Positions 38,170-52,823 of a stretch of 64,000 nucleotides of DNA are shown here, piece after piece (positions within the stretch are counted from its first letter, which is position 1; the number at the start of each line of letters is the position of its first letter). The translations under genes were made by a program, and so were the position numbers. The notes under the pieces were generated by a model that was given only the letters and a program-made list of their open reading frames with translations, was not told the origin of the DNA and did no database searches. The DNA comes from Octopus vulgaris. Lineage: Eukaryota. The stretch spans positions 75,764,001 to 75,828,000 of the forward strand of contig OX597828.1 in NCBI GenBank assembly GCA_951406725.2, written 5' to 3'.

Positions 38170-39374
38170 GTATCACTTAGGTTGACGAGGGAAGGATGAC
38201 CTCTCTTTGCAAATACCGATATGGCACAGAAAGTGTGTCAATAGCCAGTTGGAGAAGATGTTCTCCCTGAGGCTACAAGCTACAGTAACATTCACCCTTT
38301 GTGGTTAGCCATATTGAGATGGCAAATATACTTCACATTGTCGTGCAGTTACTGTTCAGAGATTCATTATTGTATATATATATATGCGTATGTGTGTGTG
38401 TATATCTTTCTCTCCATTCATCAAGTGACACGCTCTTCATGCATAGAAGACTACACAAATAATTTTGCTCCTTTATCAAAGTTTAATCAGCAATCAGTAT
38501 TATTAACACAGTTTTCAATGCCAATGCCTGGCAGCAATACGCTGTATATTAGATCAATTATTGTTAGTTGGACTCTTTTAGACAGCAATTTGAATTAAAG
38601 TACCTGAAGAGATGCTGTGATGACGCATTCTGTTACAGTCTCTGACACAGCTATGAATGCAAAGTGCGGCACACTGGACCTTCTCAATAGTACGCCAACG
38701 AAAAATTACCGCGAAAAAAATGTTTATTTAGTAGTGCGGCCGTCCGCCTGTTGACGATCCACATCTCAGGCGGTTCGCTTCAGTTAATGAAATGATTGGT
38801 TCTTTATCTCCAGCAAAGGAGTAAGCCAGCGGAATTTGAACGCAGAACGCAAAAAAAAAGTGCTAGAAAGCTATCCGGCGTTCTAACAGTCATGCAACTA
38901 GCATGCTGGCGTGTGTGTGTGAGCCTGCGTGTCTACAAATGAATATGCAGATTTAGTGACTATGGTCAATATATAGCTTTTACTCGAGTAAGCCATTGTT
39001 GAATCATTTTTCTGGATACAGATAAAACTTTATGTATGGGTATAAAGTAATAACGGGAAATTCATTACAAAAAGCACAGCCGAATTTACAAAACGAGTGT
39101 GTGCGATGTAATTGTGTGCGAGTAGATGGAAATATATAGCTAAATATGCATACATATGTATATATACTATATAAAACTATATATACATAGGTGGCTGAGT
39201 GTTGGCATATATGTATGCATGTGTGAGTATGGATACATTCGAGTGTATTGCGAGAGAGATATATAGAGGGAGATGTACGGTAAATAAAGAGACCAACAGA
39301 CTGGTTTACTTTATGTTCTACTTTTCAAAGAGACGTCCAAACACACACATATATGGAAATTTCTATATGGCCAG

Positions 39375-39440
<66 letters not shown>

Positions 39441-39661
39441 CATATACATATATACGCACACACATTTTTATAATCAAGCATATACACTTATTTCTGACTA
39501 CGTTGGATATATATTTTCATGTGTTTGTATATCTTGGTACATTTATGTTTTATGTCTATATGTATATTAGCGAATGTGTGTATATACATGCTTATATATA
39601 TACACGTATGAACACATGTATCTATCTACGTATATGTACACACACACACACACACACATAC

Positions 39662-39703
<42 letters not shown>

Positions 39704-40060
39704 GTTTGTGTGTGAATGTGTACGTGGACCATTGGACGTGGTACGTCATTTAACCCCACCTAATCATTCTCCTTCACCTCCCATAACCCATTTCTATTTC
39801 TTCATCATAAACGTCAGGAGGCTAAATGAACTGTAAATTAGCGCCGCTAAAGACGTCAATATAATTATTACTGTGACAATGATTTAAGATATCTTTTATA
39901 ATTTGGCATCTTCCCCTCTAAAGATCGATCTTGATGCTGTTTGTGTAATGGCTTCGTATTATCATTGCTTAGCACATAGTATTTAACTGATGTACACACA
40001 TCAATAGTTGTACTTATCATATACCCGACGTATCTTATGTATCTTATGTATGCATACACT

Positions 40061-40116
<56 letters not shown>

Positions 40117-40122
40117 TGTGTG

Positions 40123-40343
40123 TACAGATGGCTGCTGAAAAGTTCCTGGCTTTGAGTAAGAGAAACTAGAGAAAGATCAGTTAATTGTGTCTTTATTCAA
40201 TATATTCCCCCGTCAGATTTACACACATATTGCAGCAGTCCTACAGTTTTTTCGAAATCCTGTAAGAGAACTCGGAAGGTTGAGCCTTCAATCAGGCCTT
40301 TAGCGACACCCTTAAAGCCAAGAACTTTTCAGCGCCCCTCGTA
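40123..40343. mobile_element. Mariner-type MITE
   Basis: TIRs ...GCTGAAAAGTTCCTGGCTTT / AAAGCCAAGAACTTTTCAGCG...CGTA. Confidence 0.75.
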
Positions 40344-41104
40344 TGTATTCAGGAGATACAGATGGGGGGATTGTATAATCGTAGATACCAAAGTGCGTCC
40401 TTAATACTTAGGTTTAGAATATCGAATACGCATTTAGTTATTGGTAACGGTGTCCGTACTAGTGGTTAGAGTGCCCGGGCTCAAAAGCAACATGATCAGG
40501 AGTTCAGTTTGTGGACCAGGTAGCATCTTGTGTTTCTGAACAAGGTACGTCTTTTCATTTTGCTTCAGTCTACTCGACTGTATATGAATAGCTATTAGTT
40601 GTTGGTTCATTCCCTTCTCCACTGGTATGATCGTAGATGTGCTACGGGGACACAGATGAGCAGGCAGAGCATGTGCCCTTACCTACTCCCAACTACACAA
40701 CACCCACCTGCAATAACTTGCGAAAATATGCTCCATGCTACCTCTCCATACTAGCTCGATAGTGACGGGTGGTTGCGTTGTATATTTAATTGTTTATAAG
40801 TAACTTTAACTACTACCTTAAATTTTGGGCTTAGTATCTATGTGAGATGATATATCACCATAGTTATCGCTCGATTTTAATGGTTCAGAAACACCCCTGA
40901 ACTTAAAATTCTTCCAAATATAACCATTCGGTCCTGGTGTTCTGTAAACATCAAGACCGATGTTTTCCAGTGTTAAGTTTTTCAACAGATAGTAGATTTG
41001 GAGGATATTTGACTGCTATTTCATCTACTCCGAACTTCCCTGTTGCTTTGTTAGCATGAAAGAAATTTGTGTGCGCGTGTGTTTATTTGTACATACACAC
41101 ACAT

Positions 41105-41410
41105 GGAGCCGACTTGGCTGCATTACAGGACCGTGGGCAAATCAATGAACTGGATCCTATAGTATATATTTACGATATAATTATGTATATATAATTTTAT
41201 AAGTGAAGTGAAAAATGAAGCGAAGAGAAAAAATTATAAATTTAAAGAACTATGAATGATAGAACTTTAGTCAAACATAACTCTAGCGACAAATTACTAG
41301 TATATATTTATTGCCAGGAAGGTACGGCGTACAAAGATCAGAATTGTGCCCCTAGACCCATGTGGCCCCTGGGCAACTACCCAATGTGCACGACATAAAA
41401 TGGCGCTGTG
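41105..41410. mobile_element. hAT-like MITE, degenerate
   Basis: GC-rich subterminal GGGCAA motifs at both ends; internal 41205-41300 recurs at 44303-44401. Confidence 0.4.
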
Positions 41411-41442
41411 GGAGTGCGTGTTTATCTTTATGAATATATGTA

Positions 41443-41584
<142 letters not shown>

Positions 41585-44050
41585 CGCGTGTCAAGCAATC
41601 CTAATTGTATTTATCTGCATATCAGTTTGCTTCGGATTTCTCTTACAGTCATTCTGGAAGTTATGGACCTAGTTCTTGGGGAAGAACCCGGAGTTCAAAT
41701 TTATTTGAGCGCTGCAGCTTGTTTTCTATACTGAGCATATCAATCTCTCACCTATTGTAAGTGTATATATATATATATATTTATCTGTGTGTGTGTGTGT
41801 GTATGTGTGTGTGCGTGTGTGTGTGTATATATATATGTGTATGTATATATGTGTATATATATATGTGTGTGTATATATATAACGGGGATACTATCAGAAT
41901 AATTATAAGCTTATATGTGCGTGGCATAACATGACAGGTTGAGACAAGCAACTGAAATGCCAATAAAAAAATTAAAACCCGTTACTCTTAAAAATTGACA
42001 CCAATTTAGAAAATATTTAGATTCAAAAGAGATAACAACAATACGTTTGTTAATATGGTTGTAAGAGAAATAGGTGTCCACTTCAAAACTACTTTCTTTT
42101 ACTATTCAAATATAATCTATTTCTGCTTCACAAAAATATAGAATTTTGAAGATACGCCAATAGCTTCCAGAAAAATTAAAAGCAAAAATAGAAAATGTGA
42201 AAATCGTAATAAGATATTAGATCAATCAGACTAGATAAAATCTCTTAGACATGAACATACGTACCTTAAATGTTATCTAATTAATGCCGTCTATCTACTA
42301 AAAACATATCACAGACAAATTGGAATATCACGAACAACATGAAACATTCAGAAACCGATGTTCGAGTCGAACCGATTGTAGCAATGAACACTTAGTTCAC
42401 ATTTATAGATCATATGTACAATTTTCTGCATAACCATTTCATTAGATAAATCAATGCTACCAAAACTAACACTAATGCCATAAATAAATATATCTAGATG
42501 AGCTGATACTAGCTAATCTTCAAACACTTAGAGGATATAACCATCACATCTATCATTCTCTAGGGTTCTGAACCTTATTTTGCTTGTGGACCCCTGAGAA
42601 CTATCTTATCATCCGTGGACCCCATATATGCACATGTAAAGTTTTGAAATATAATGTTTGCTTGTAGGTTAGTAAAAACTCACAATGAAACAATTCTGTT
42701 ATATTCATAACATAAATTCCAAATTCAAATCTTGAAAATTTCAATAAATACAGGTACCTCTTCTAGTAAACAAAATTTATATATGACTCCACAAATTACA
42801 ATTTTTTACTCGTGGCTTCCTGCTCTAGATCATCTTCTTTGGACCCCCTGCTCTAGATCATCTTGTCCCTGAACAGTAAAAACTGAAATATACTATAGTT
42901 TGTCGAAGTTCGGGTTCATATTTATGTAAGTAATTCGACAAAGCTGGCGTAGTTGTGATAGGAGACAGCATACAGATAGTCTGTGATCTGCAGCTTGTCA
43001 TGAGATGTGAAAAAGACTTTCCTCAAAGACCGGGTAGACTTCTTTTTACTATCGTCTCTAATATCTATATATGTAGCAGCTGCAGCAGTCACAGAAAAGA
43101 TAAACCCTCAATTTTGTGAGCAGTACTCTGTGTTTTAATTCATATATATATGGTGGAATGGTAAAAGTGTTTAGCTCCAACTTACGTCTGATCGAATAAC
43201 CCTAATATCAAATCTATTTCATTCATAATTATCTGTATTTTTATTGCATCTCGACGGGTTAATTATACAAATAAACCCATGTACCGGCTCCATTTTCCTT
43301 CCTTTTTATCCGTCGGTTGGAGCATTGTCGTTAAAGAGGTAGCAACTTAAGATTTAAAAAAATTGACAAAATGATTGATGGATTAATCCAATGATTAATT
43401 GAACAATCGCTTATTTAATTGATTACATAGTTAACCAATTAACGAATAATAAAATAAAGTGAAATATAATAGGTGTATGTGTGGTATTTATTGGTATAAT
43501 AACCCCTTCCTCGGAATACAACAGAATTTCTTTCAACAGGCGAGTTCACATGAAGCATGTTACAAACCAAACACAAATACGAAATATCCGTATTACTGTT
43601 TTAGATAAAAGGTTTATCACATTAGCAATATCTTCTTCCCTAATTTACGACTGGAATATGTAACTCAACCGATATCATTATTACTGTTTCTAGCAGGTGG
43701 AGCAACCCAAGACAAGTTTCCTAGTTAAACAGTGCTTACTAAATACTAAATACTACATGTATGCCTACTAATAATTGAAGCGTGCTTGAATATCAGAGCA
43801 CTAACGCACATACCCAGAACATTTCAGGCAAAACATTAACGAACCCAATCACAGTAATCTCATCTTGTAAGCATCTAGCTCTGGTTGCATAATTTATCTT
43901 CAGATCAACACTGATCCACTTGATCTACAATCAAAACTATTCAAAGACATGATCATTATTGTATTCTTCCAGTTTGATTCGATGTCAGGTTAGGGTTTTA
44001 GCTGCTATTTCTAGTACAGAATTGTCTACTTCATTGACTCGTTTAAGCAT

Positions 44051-44057
<7 letters not shown>

Positions 44058-44121
<64 letters not shown>

Positions 44122-44141
44122 ACACGCACACACGCGCACAC

Positions 44142-44173
<32 letters not shown>

Positions 44174-44185
44174 CGCACACACACG

Positions 44186-44240
<55 letters not shown>
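44058..44240. repeat. (CA)n microsatellite
   Basis: Seen directly. Confidence 0.95.
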
Positions 44241-44242
<2 letters not shown>

Positions 44243-45629
44243 TTATGTTGTATCCTTAAAGTTGTAAAATTTTTACTGCAGAATCGATAATTTTTACAAG
44301 AGAAGTGAAAAATGAAGCGAAGAGAAAAATATATAAATTTATTTAAAGAACTATAAATGTTAGGACTTTGGTCAAAGATAGTTCTAGCGATAAATTACTA
44401 GATATTTGGAACTGTATAAACATTGGAGCTAAAATAATAGAAAAAGCTTCCATTTTTAATGTTTTATTTCAGTTTTGTAACATTTATATTTTTATTGTCT
44501 TTATCCCATGGTTTTGCTTTTGGTAAATTTTGCTTCTTTTGTTTTTGCTATTGTATGTCTGAAAGAAAATGTGAAGATTCTTCGAGTATTTAGTTCATGG
44601 TTTTAATAGTCACTTTGTTTCTTCTTGTAAAAATTACCGATAGAAATAGATTCACTTCACATATTAAGTATTAGACGTGATCAGTGAACGAGAATTTTTC
44701 TCAGGTCAACACCGAAAACAACCAATCAATCAACTTGCATTTTAGTTTCGTTAGCAAAACACGCGCTTAAATATTGACTTTTCTAACAATTTTATTTACG
44801 TTTTATTTTTCTGATTTTATATTTCCCTCCTTTCTAATCATGACTCTTGGCAACAAACACGACACTGTGCCACAAGAGTCGAGATTCTTGAAATATTGCT
44901 GTATTTTACATTATATATCTATGTGTGTGTGTACGTATATATTCTTAGAACTGTACTATACTCCAAAGCTGTCATTCATAACACTACAAAATACCATCCT
45001 ATTTCACGAACTGAAAGTCGAGTTTTATTGACAGAATCGTTAGAGCATCACACAAAGTGCGTTGTGCTTAGGCTGGTTCTTTACATTCTGAACTCTAATT
45101 GGAGTTAGCTCTGCCTTATGTTCTTCCTTAGTCGATAAAATAAAGTACAATTTCTGTTTTGAGATCAATATATTCGTCTGTACTTCAATTTAAATTTTCT
45201 GACCCTTTATTGCTAATCCATTTTTTAAAAAATGCCTTTGGAGAGCATTTTCATAAAGTAAGAACGTTTCCAAAGATGTATAAAGTACAAATTGGAAAAC
45301 CATGCATAAATAGGTTTAAAATTAATAAGGAACTTCACGTTCAACGGGAAATTTGTTACTGAACACAAAAAGGTAACAGTGAGGTACTTCGATTACTGGT
45401 ATCGATTAACTCCTTCAGAAATAAGAAACCACATTCCTATTACTACTACTTAAACTTGAGAGCTGGAAGAATTGTCAAGTGGCTAGATAAAATACTTAGT
45501 GGCATTTTTTCCGACTTTGTTCTGACGCGACTGAGACAAAGGCGAATGGAAACGATAAGATCGTGCATTGAAATACCCTTATCAGTTGCCTTATAATTCC
45601 GATTCGTTACATATGTTAACGGTAATAAT

Positions 45630-45820
45630 AATGGTTTCAAATTCTGGCACAATGCCAGAGATTTCGGGGACGGCGTAAATCGATTACATTGACTCCAGTA
45701 CTCAACCGGTACTTATTTTATCGATCTCGATAGGATGAATGGAAAGTCGACCTAGGCGGAATTTGAACTCAGAATGTGAAGACAGAAAAAATGCCACTAA
45801 GCATTCTGTCAGCTTGCTGC
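45630..45820 (-). mobile_element. SINE family A
   Basis: Homologous to 27223-27455. Confidence 0.75.
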
Positions 45821-47517
45821 CCTAATCACAATAATAATAATAATATATGCAATACTTTGTTTAATATATATTTTACAACTAAGTATCGCTCCGATTTACA
45901 CATGTATGAATCGAAGGATATATCATTATTGAAATTTATTGTTATTCCATGTCAACCAACTGATGTTCGTTATGATGTCCAAACATTTTCTCCATACTCC
46001 TTTAAATACAATATTGTTCTATTTCATTATCTTCTTAAGATGGGCAACGAGAAACTCAGAGTAATGGTTTAACACGTTTCAGCTTCAGTTATTCCATCCA
46101 GCATTCACTGTTGAGTGTTCTTTCTCTTTTTCCCTATTACTCTCTTCCATACCTCCCTCACTTTATCTCTTTTTCTCCATACATAGACACATGCATACAG
46201 GCGCCTACGCAGATATGCACATTATGCAATGCAACTGCTCTAAAGTGACGTCATGTTTTTTTTAGCATGTTCTGGGAATAGAGCTGTTCATTAAGAGTAA
46301 ATACTTAATAAAGGCACATTTTTAACACGTTTGTAAAAAAAAAATTAGCCAATTGATCCATTGTTTTAATTACGGAAATAGTTAATTATTTATTGATTTC
46401 TGTCTGTTTTTGTCGTTCATCTTGACAAACGTTTAACTAATGCATTCCGGTCTTTTGTTTGGTTTGGTTTTTTTCATAGAAACAAAATTTTCTTTAAATG
46501 GAAACTGATTTTTTTAGATAGTATTTGTTTCAGCGAAAAACTAAATTTTACATTGATTGTATTAGTTGCATGAAAAACACAAAACAAAAGGAGAACGAAC
46601 GAAAGAAAGAAATCAACCGCTGTTTCTCCTGAATATTGATCTGTTGTTTAGTTTAGAATATCTTCTTCACCACGGGTTTTAATAAACATTTAGAAAGATT
46701 CCATAGATATTCTGTTATAGAATTATAGTTTTCAAAAACATGATAATTATTGTTCCAAACAGAAAGCATAAAAATAGTGAATAGAACTTATACTCTTGAT
46801 TATATTAACGAATGGATATAGGAAAACAACAAAACACAGAACATGAGAATATTGATAGCCCAAAAATCTCTTTCAGAAATTATGTAGGGGACTGAATAGC
46901 TTTGTTATAGTTCATCCTTTGTTTGATTTTTGTAAATATTAATTTCAAAATAAAAAAAAAAACACTTTATTCGTTGTTTCTCTGCTTTAAATTGCAACGT
47001 AGTCCATGTACCCTAAGCTAGGTGTTCAGAATGAAACCAATATTAAAAGGCAATTACTATAGAACATGCTACTTGCAATAAATATACGACAGAAGATACA
47101 AAATCATCAAGTGATGGTACTCAGTGTAACAGTGTAACAGTGTAACACGCCTTAAAGCCTTCATCCACTACAGACTAGCAAAAGGTTCGGTAAAATAAGG
47201 CTGACCTTCTTAGATGACCAACCTTCGCACAATGAGAGAAAAATAAGCAACACGCCAAGGATTACGTAATATACTCTGTCGAAAGGACTCTCACTAATCA
47301 TCTGATCGATTAATCAAACCATTGGTCGTGCAATTGATTAATTAATTAGTTAATTGATAACAATAAAACGTGAAATAAAAATCTTCAATGAGTTTTCATT
47401 GGCAAAATTTCCTCTCGAACTTAAAATAATGTAACAGCAAAGAATTTTAAAATCATGTTGAGAAAACAGAGAAAAGGAAATTATTCAATGAATAATTTTG
47501 TTTATTTAAAAAATTGT

Positions 47518-47858
47518 GGACGCGCAATAGCCCAGTGGTTAGGGCAGCGGACTCGCGGTCGTAGGATCGCGGTTTCGATTCTCAGACCGGTCGTTGTGAG
47601 TGTTTATTGAGCGAAAACACCTAAAGCTCCACGAAACTCTGACAGGGGGTGGTAGCGAACCCTGCTGTACTCTTCTCTCACTCTTTCTGTTTCTGTTGTA
47701 CCTATATTTCAAAGAGCCTTGTCACACTCCACGAGAACTAATGTTAAGTGTATAGTGTCTGTGGAGTGCTCAGCCACTTGCATGTTAATTTCACGAGCAG
47801 GCTGTTCCGTTGATCAGATCAACTAGATCCCTCGTCGTCGTTACCGACGGAGTGTCAC
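47518..47858 (+). mobile_element. tRNA-derived SINE family C
   Basis: GCGCAATAGCCCAGTGGTTAGGGCAGCGGACTCGCG...GGTTTCGATTC; second copy at 56487-56856. Confidence 0.85.
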
Positions 47859-49145
47859 GAAGTTAAAAATAACAATGTCGTCCTGAATAAACGACTAAAT
47901 ACTTTCAGTAGAATGAATTGTTTATTTATTTAAAGGTAAATTGACAAAGGCTTGCGAAGAAAATTGATCGTTGATTTGTGTGTGTGTGTGTGTATCAGAC
48001 AGACTTGAAGCTGACCTGTAATAGAGGGCCATGTCATTGATACAGTTGCAAATGGACATTGTAAACCTAGCTGGCTGATTGATAGGATGATTAATTGAAC
48101 AATCGATTAGCTAATTGGTTAACTAATTAGCAAATATATATAAATGAAACATAGTCAGTACGCGTGCTTATTATTGACACAATGACCCTCTCGATATACA
48201 ACAAAATACGTTTCTAACAGTGGACGTAAACAATCTTGCAAACCAAAGTAAAATTTGTTTCTTTGTACGTTGACCGCTGAAAACTCTAAATAAAATTGAT
48301 AATATTTCAGGTTTTTCCTGTCATATAAATTAATTTGGCCATTCTGCAGATCACAGTGCACTTATTTTCCGAAAATGGATTGGGTGGCTGGGGCGACTTG
48401 GTGGTGTATTGCCTCCTGTTTCTAGTAGTCCACCTACTGTCTATTTCACTGTAATGCTGTTTACAGACGGAGAGAAAATTACTCCACCTGTCACTCAATC
48501 TACCTTCTGCTTCCTTTGGAGTCACCACCGAAACTCTTCTTTCTCTCTGTCTATATGTCCCTTTCTATGTTTATCTCTCTCACTATCTCTACCCTCTCTC
48601 TCTCTCTAGTTGTATATGTGTCTCTCTTTTCGTCTCTAGAGAAAAACACATGAGAGACAGATAGAGAAATGGGATAAGGGAGACGCTGTATTTGTACCTA
48701 GAATACCACTAATACCAACAGATGTCGCTTTTCGTTTCAAACGATTGCAATTCCCAGTGAGAGTCATGTCCGCATTGATCATTAAGAAGGCAGGTTGTCG
48801 GTTTCAATCTAGAAGAGGGCTGTTTCTCACAGGGTCAATTGTACGTAGGTTGTTCCAGAGTAGGAAGCTCACAGAAAGTCTTCATATATGCTCCAAATTA
48901 AAAAACCTAAAAACATTGTATATACTGAAGTTCGGTAAATGTTTTATAATTTTCGTACAGTACGTCTCTGTTATTATCTAAATTACTTTCTGCATTTAGA
49001 TATTCTAAATAAACTTGTAAAAGTATGTTATCCAATATTTAAATACTTTTTAACATCTTTTATTGTAAGGAAAATGGACATTACGATAGACGTCAATATG
49101 TGCCTTATGAATACATTCCAACACTGTACCGGCTTGGAGGCCCGC

Positions 49146-49215
<70 letters not shown>

Positions 49216-51299
49216 ATATATATACTTAATCATATCGAAGGGAAATGGAAATTAATAGAAATTTTCACTTCCAGTGGCCTAGCGTGTAAAAATTTAGTCC
49301 AAAGACTATGTATTACTTATAAAATACAGTGTACATTTAAACACATAAGGAATCCACTCGTGGGATTCAACACTCTAGAAAGAACCTAGCTATCCTTTCT
49401 AGCGTGTTGTAAAAGTAAAAAGGAATGACGTAAAACCAACATATGTAGAGAAAGAAAATATTATTATTATATATTTATTATATTCTATATTCGACAGTGA
49501 ATATATCAAGAAGAGAGTGGTGGTTTATTGAAGCACTGATAATCGTGTTAGGTGGTATGGATGAGAAGAGCATTTTAAATATATACAGATGGATTCGTCT
49601 TAATTGATTATATTTAGATATTTAGATATTTATGTTTGATGAGTATTAATTAAGTATTGAACAGTAATGATAAATTTCATATAGCTGAGCTAATCAATGT
49701 TGCTACAATAATCGCTTATATTCTGGCTGTTTTTACAGTCTATAATTTTATATTTTAATTAAATATTGAAGCAATTATACATGATAGTAATTTCATGTTG
49801 TCACACTAAAATTTTATTATCTCTATTTCGTGGGACAAACAAGTATTAATGTGTCAATGAAATGTATCGTATTTTTCCAATAAATTATTTATAAAAGACA
49901 ATAACTTTATGGTTTGATTAAAATACCACAATATTTTTTAAATACAAAACATTTCATGTATAATTTCAGTATAAATAAAATATATTTAAAATACATTAAT
50001 TGCTAAAATTTTGCATCGGTTGTCTTACGAAATTATGCAATAATACGAAGAACTGCTATCTGGATGTAGAATTTTAAACAAATACGATAATAACAATATT
50101 CCACGAAAATAAAATATTTTCTGCTAAAGAAGAAAAGGGAAAATGAGAACAAAGCCTAAGCACCAAGAAGGTGTATCGATAATATTCCACGTTTCTAGAT
50201 GAGGGGGAGGTCAAAATTATCAGGAAATCTTGACTTTCGTAAAAATCAAAAAGAGATTAGAAATATTAAGAGTAAAGACACGTAGCTTAGTGTTTAGGTG
50301 TGGCACTCATGATGGTAAGCAAGTCGTTTCGATTCTTGGACCGAGCGACGCGTTGTGCTCTGTTGCAAAACATTTCATTTCACGTTACTCCAGTCCAGTC
50401 AGTTGGCAAAAACGAGTAATCTGGTGAGAGTATTCCTGGCCCCTTGTCCAGGTGGAGGGGGATATACACCCAACAGAAACCAGGAAGGTAGGTGCCTAAC
50501 GAAGAAGATTAAGGCTTTAATATAAAAGCGATTTGGCTTAATCAATGATATATAAACTGTTTTATGTCAAAAGACATTTGTTTTGTAGCTAGTAGGTCAT
50601 ATTCAATGTAATTCATTCAGTGGTGAGGGTGTGTATTGTTTTAGCAATCGCTGCTGCGTGAGGCCATTGGATATTGCTGACATTAACATAAAACTGCTCT
50701 TCACACACATCATGTATTCACAAAGAGGGTTCATGCTGGTTTAAAACCCAAGATCTTAAAGCAGATATTCTACAATACGTATAACCAGATTCCATAGCAG
50801 TTGTACCTAAGAATAAAGATCGATCGCCATCAGTGAAACAGAAAAACTTCAATCGCATGGACAACAATATGGATTAGCTATACATCTTAAATATGAAGCT
50901 ACCTTTTGTAGTTCAAGAGAGCATTGTACACTGGGTTGATATAAATGTAAGGCTGAGATATTTGCGTGTCGCTATCGTTCGGACGAGGTTTCCGGTTTAA
51001 CGATAATTTCTTACTTGTGTCTCGTTTGTCTCGGAGGCGCTGTAATTGGTTACGAGCACAGCACTTCGCTAATGACTAAGCAGCATATGTGTATGTATAT
51101 ATAAATATATATGCTCATAAATATGGACGGACATAGGCATGCATGTATGTAGGTGTATAGAGAGACAAGTTTATAAATGCACATATAGATTTACTCACAT
51201 TCACGCACATATGTTTACATACATATGCATACACATACATATGTTACAAATGCATGTATAGATACGACCAGAACCACGCTAATAGATTACGAATGAAAT

Positions 51300-52110
51300 T
51301 TAAGATTTCTCGGTTTACTGCGAATAGATTTTGATAAGTTTCCCCCCAGCTGATTTGCACACTATGGCAGCACCATTGTTATGTTTTTTATTATTGTGTA
51401 TAACGTCCTTTCTTTTTTTTATTTCAGATTCTTCAAATTTTGGGGCGATCCACGCTAATAGCGTCTCTCCCTTCAAAGGACAATGTGACGTGGGAAAGGC
51501 CTTAACCAAAGGCTCCTCTCTTCATGTCATTGCAGAGAAATTAGGTTATCATATGGACACAGTTGGACGTTTCCTTCGCCAAGGAAGAATCGATCCGACT
51601 GTGACAGTTAGAGATTTAAGGAATTTTGGTTGCAAGTGACGTAGGATACCTGGACAAACAAGCAAAGCCATTTTGACCGCCTCCGGACTTCCTCACGTAC
51701 CGAAAACCACATGAAAATGCATCCTCGGGACTATGACATCCGTCTGAGAATCCCTGAAACTACCTCCTTAATGCCCCGTCACAGGGGCATGAGTTGTTCT
51801 GTTCACTTTCGAAACGAGGGTGACCTTTGACGGACCTAACGGTTGGGCAAATGGTTGGGTCTATTTTGGAGATGAGCGTCACCAACGTCTACGACCTCAA
51901 GAACGGGTTGGAGGAGTCATGTTGTGGGCTAGTACCATTGGGACTTGTTGGTCCAGTCAGGGTGCCTTAATGGGTTAAAGTGACCGCAACCGCCTACAGT
52001 AATCTCCTGAAAGAGGTCTTGCATCCCTGATTAGATGACATACCACTGTCACTTCTAAGGAATCTCACATTCATGCATGACAACGCTCCCTCCAGCTCTT
52101 CTAGGACCAT
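51300..52110 (+). pseudogene. Decayed Tc1-like DDE transposase
   Basis: IAEKLGYHMDTVGRFL (HTH), VLFTFETRVTFDGPNGW, GGVMLWA, LTFMHDNAPS; multiple stops. Confidence 0.85.
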
Positions 52111-52709
52111 ACAAATATTACAGCATACAAAAACCAAGTGTATTCTGAAAGGGATGTGGTACAGCATTTACTCTTGAAACAGAACACGTGGTTCTGCTGA
52201 GTGTTTGTTATAAGCGTTTGCTGTCTAATGGTTATGAAAGCCCTTTTCACTCTTTCTTTAGGCAACCTTTAACTATCTACAAGGTTGTTTTGAGTTTTTT
52301 CAGGGTTTAGTATTGTGCATAAAAGCTAAGTAATTTTATATTTCGCATAGCGCTGCAGCTACAAAAAGGTATTATTTAATTATATTAGCTGACCCCGTGC
52401 TGTCAAAGATGACGGTTAATTGTAGTATTTTATATATACATAAAGTACATAATAATCACAGATACAGACATTCGCATACTTCCCTTGCACGAGTACACAC
52501 ATATATATATACTCACACACAACTGAAGCGGTGTTTGGTTTTTCTTTTCAGCGTTGAATGTTCACCATCCCAATTCCAATTTAACATCACCCTTTCCTTT
52601 CTCATTGGTATGTTGTGGCGGAGAAAAACACAAAAATATTATTATAGTAGATTCTGGTAGTGTAGTTTAAAATAGTTAATGAGCAATACAAGTTTTATGT
52701 GTCTTCTGC

Positions 52710-52785
52710 AGCCCTGGATCAAGCAAAGCCTTCTGAGTGGATTTGGTAGACGGAAACTGAAAGAAGTCTGTTGCAATGTGTGCGC

Positions 52786-52823
<38 letters not shown>

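Larger units (their letters stand above)
36232..38372 (+). mobile_element. Retrozyme-like host repeat (~354-nt unit, ~100-nt terminal redundancy, 5' inversion) split by the ORF1-only element
   Basis: Direct repeats 36274-36379 and 38278-38372; 36234-36277 is an inverted copy of 38247-38291; (TA)n on both flanks; HHR at 38127-38169. Confidence 0.75.

Noticed and set aside
36274-38372. LTR retrotransposon interpretation (direct repeats flanking a gag-like ORF)
   Set aside because: No TG...CA ends, PBS or PPT; the inner ORF has its own TSD and poly(A) signal, which favours nested insertion into a retrozyme-like unit.
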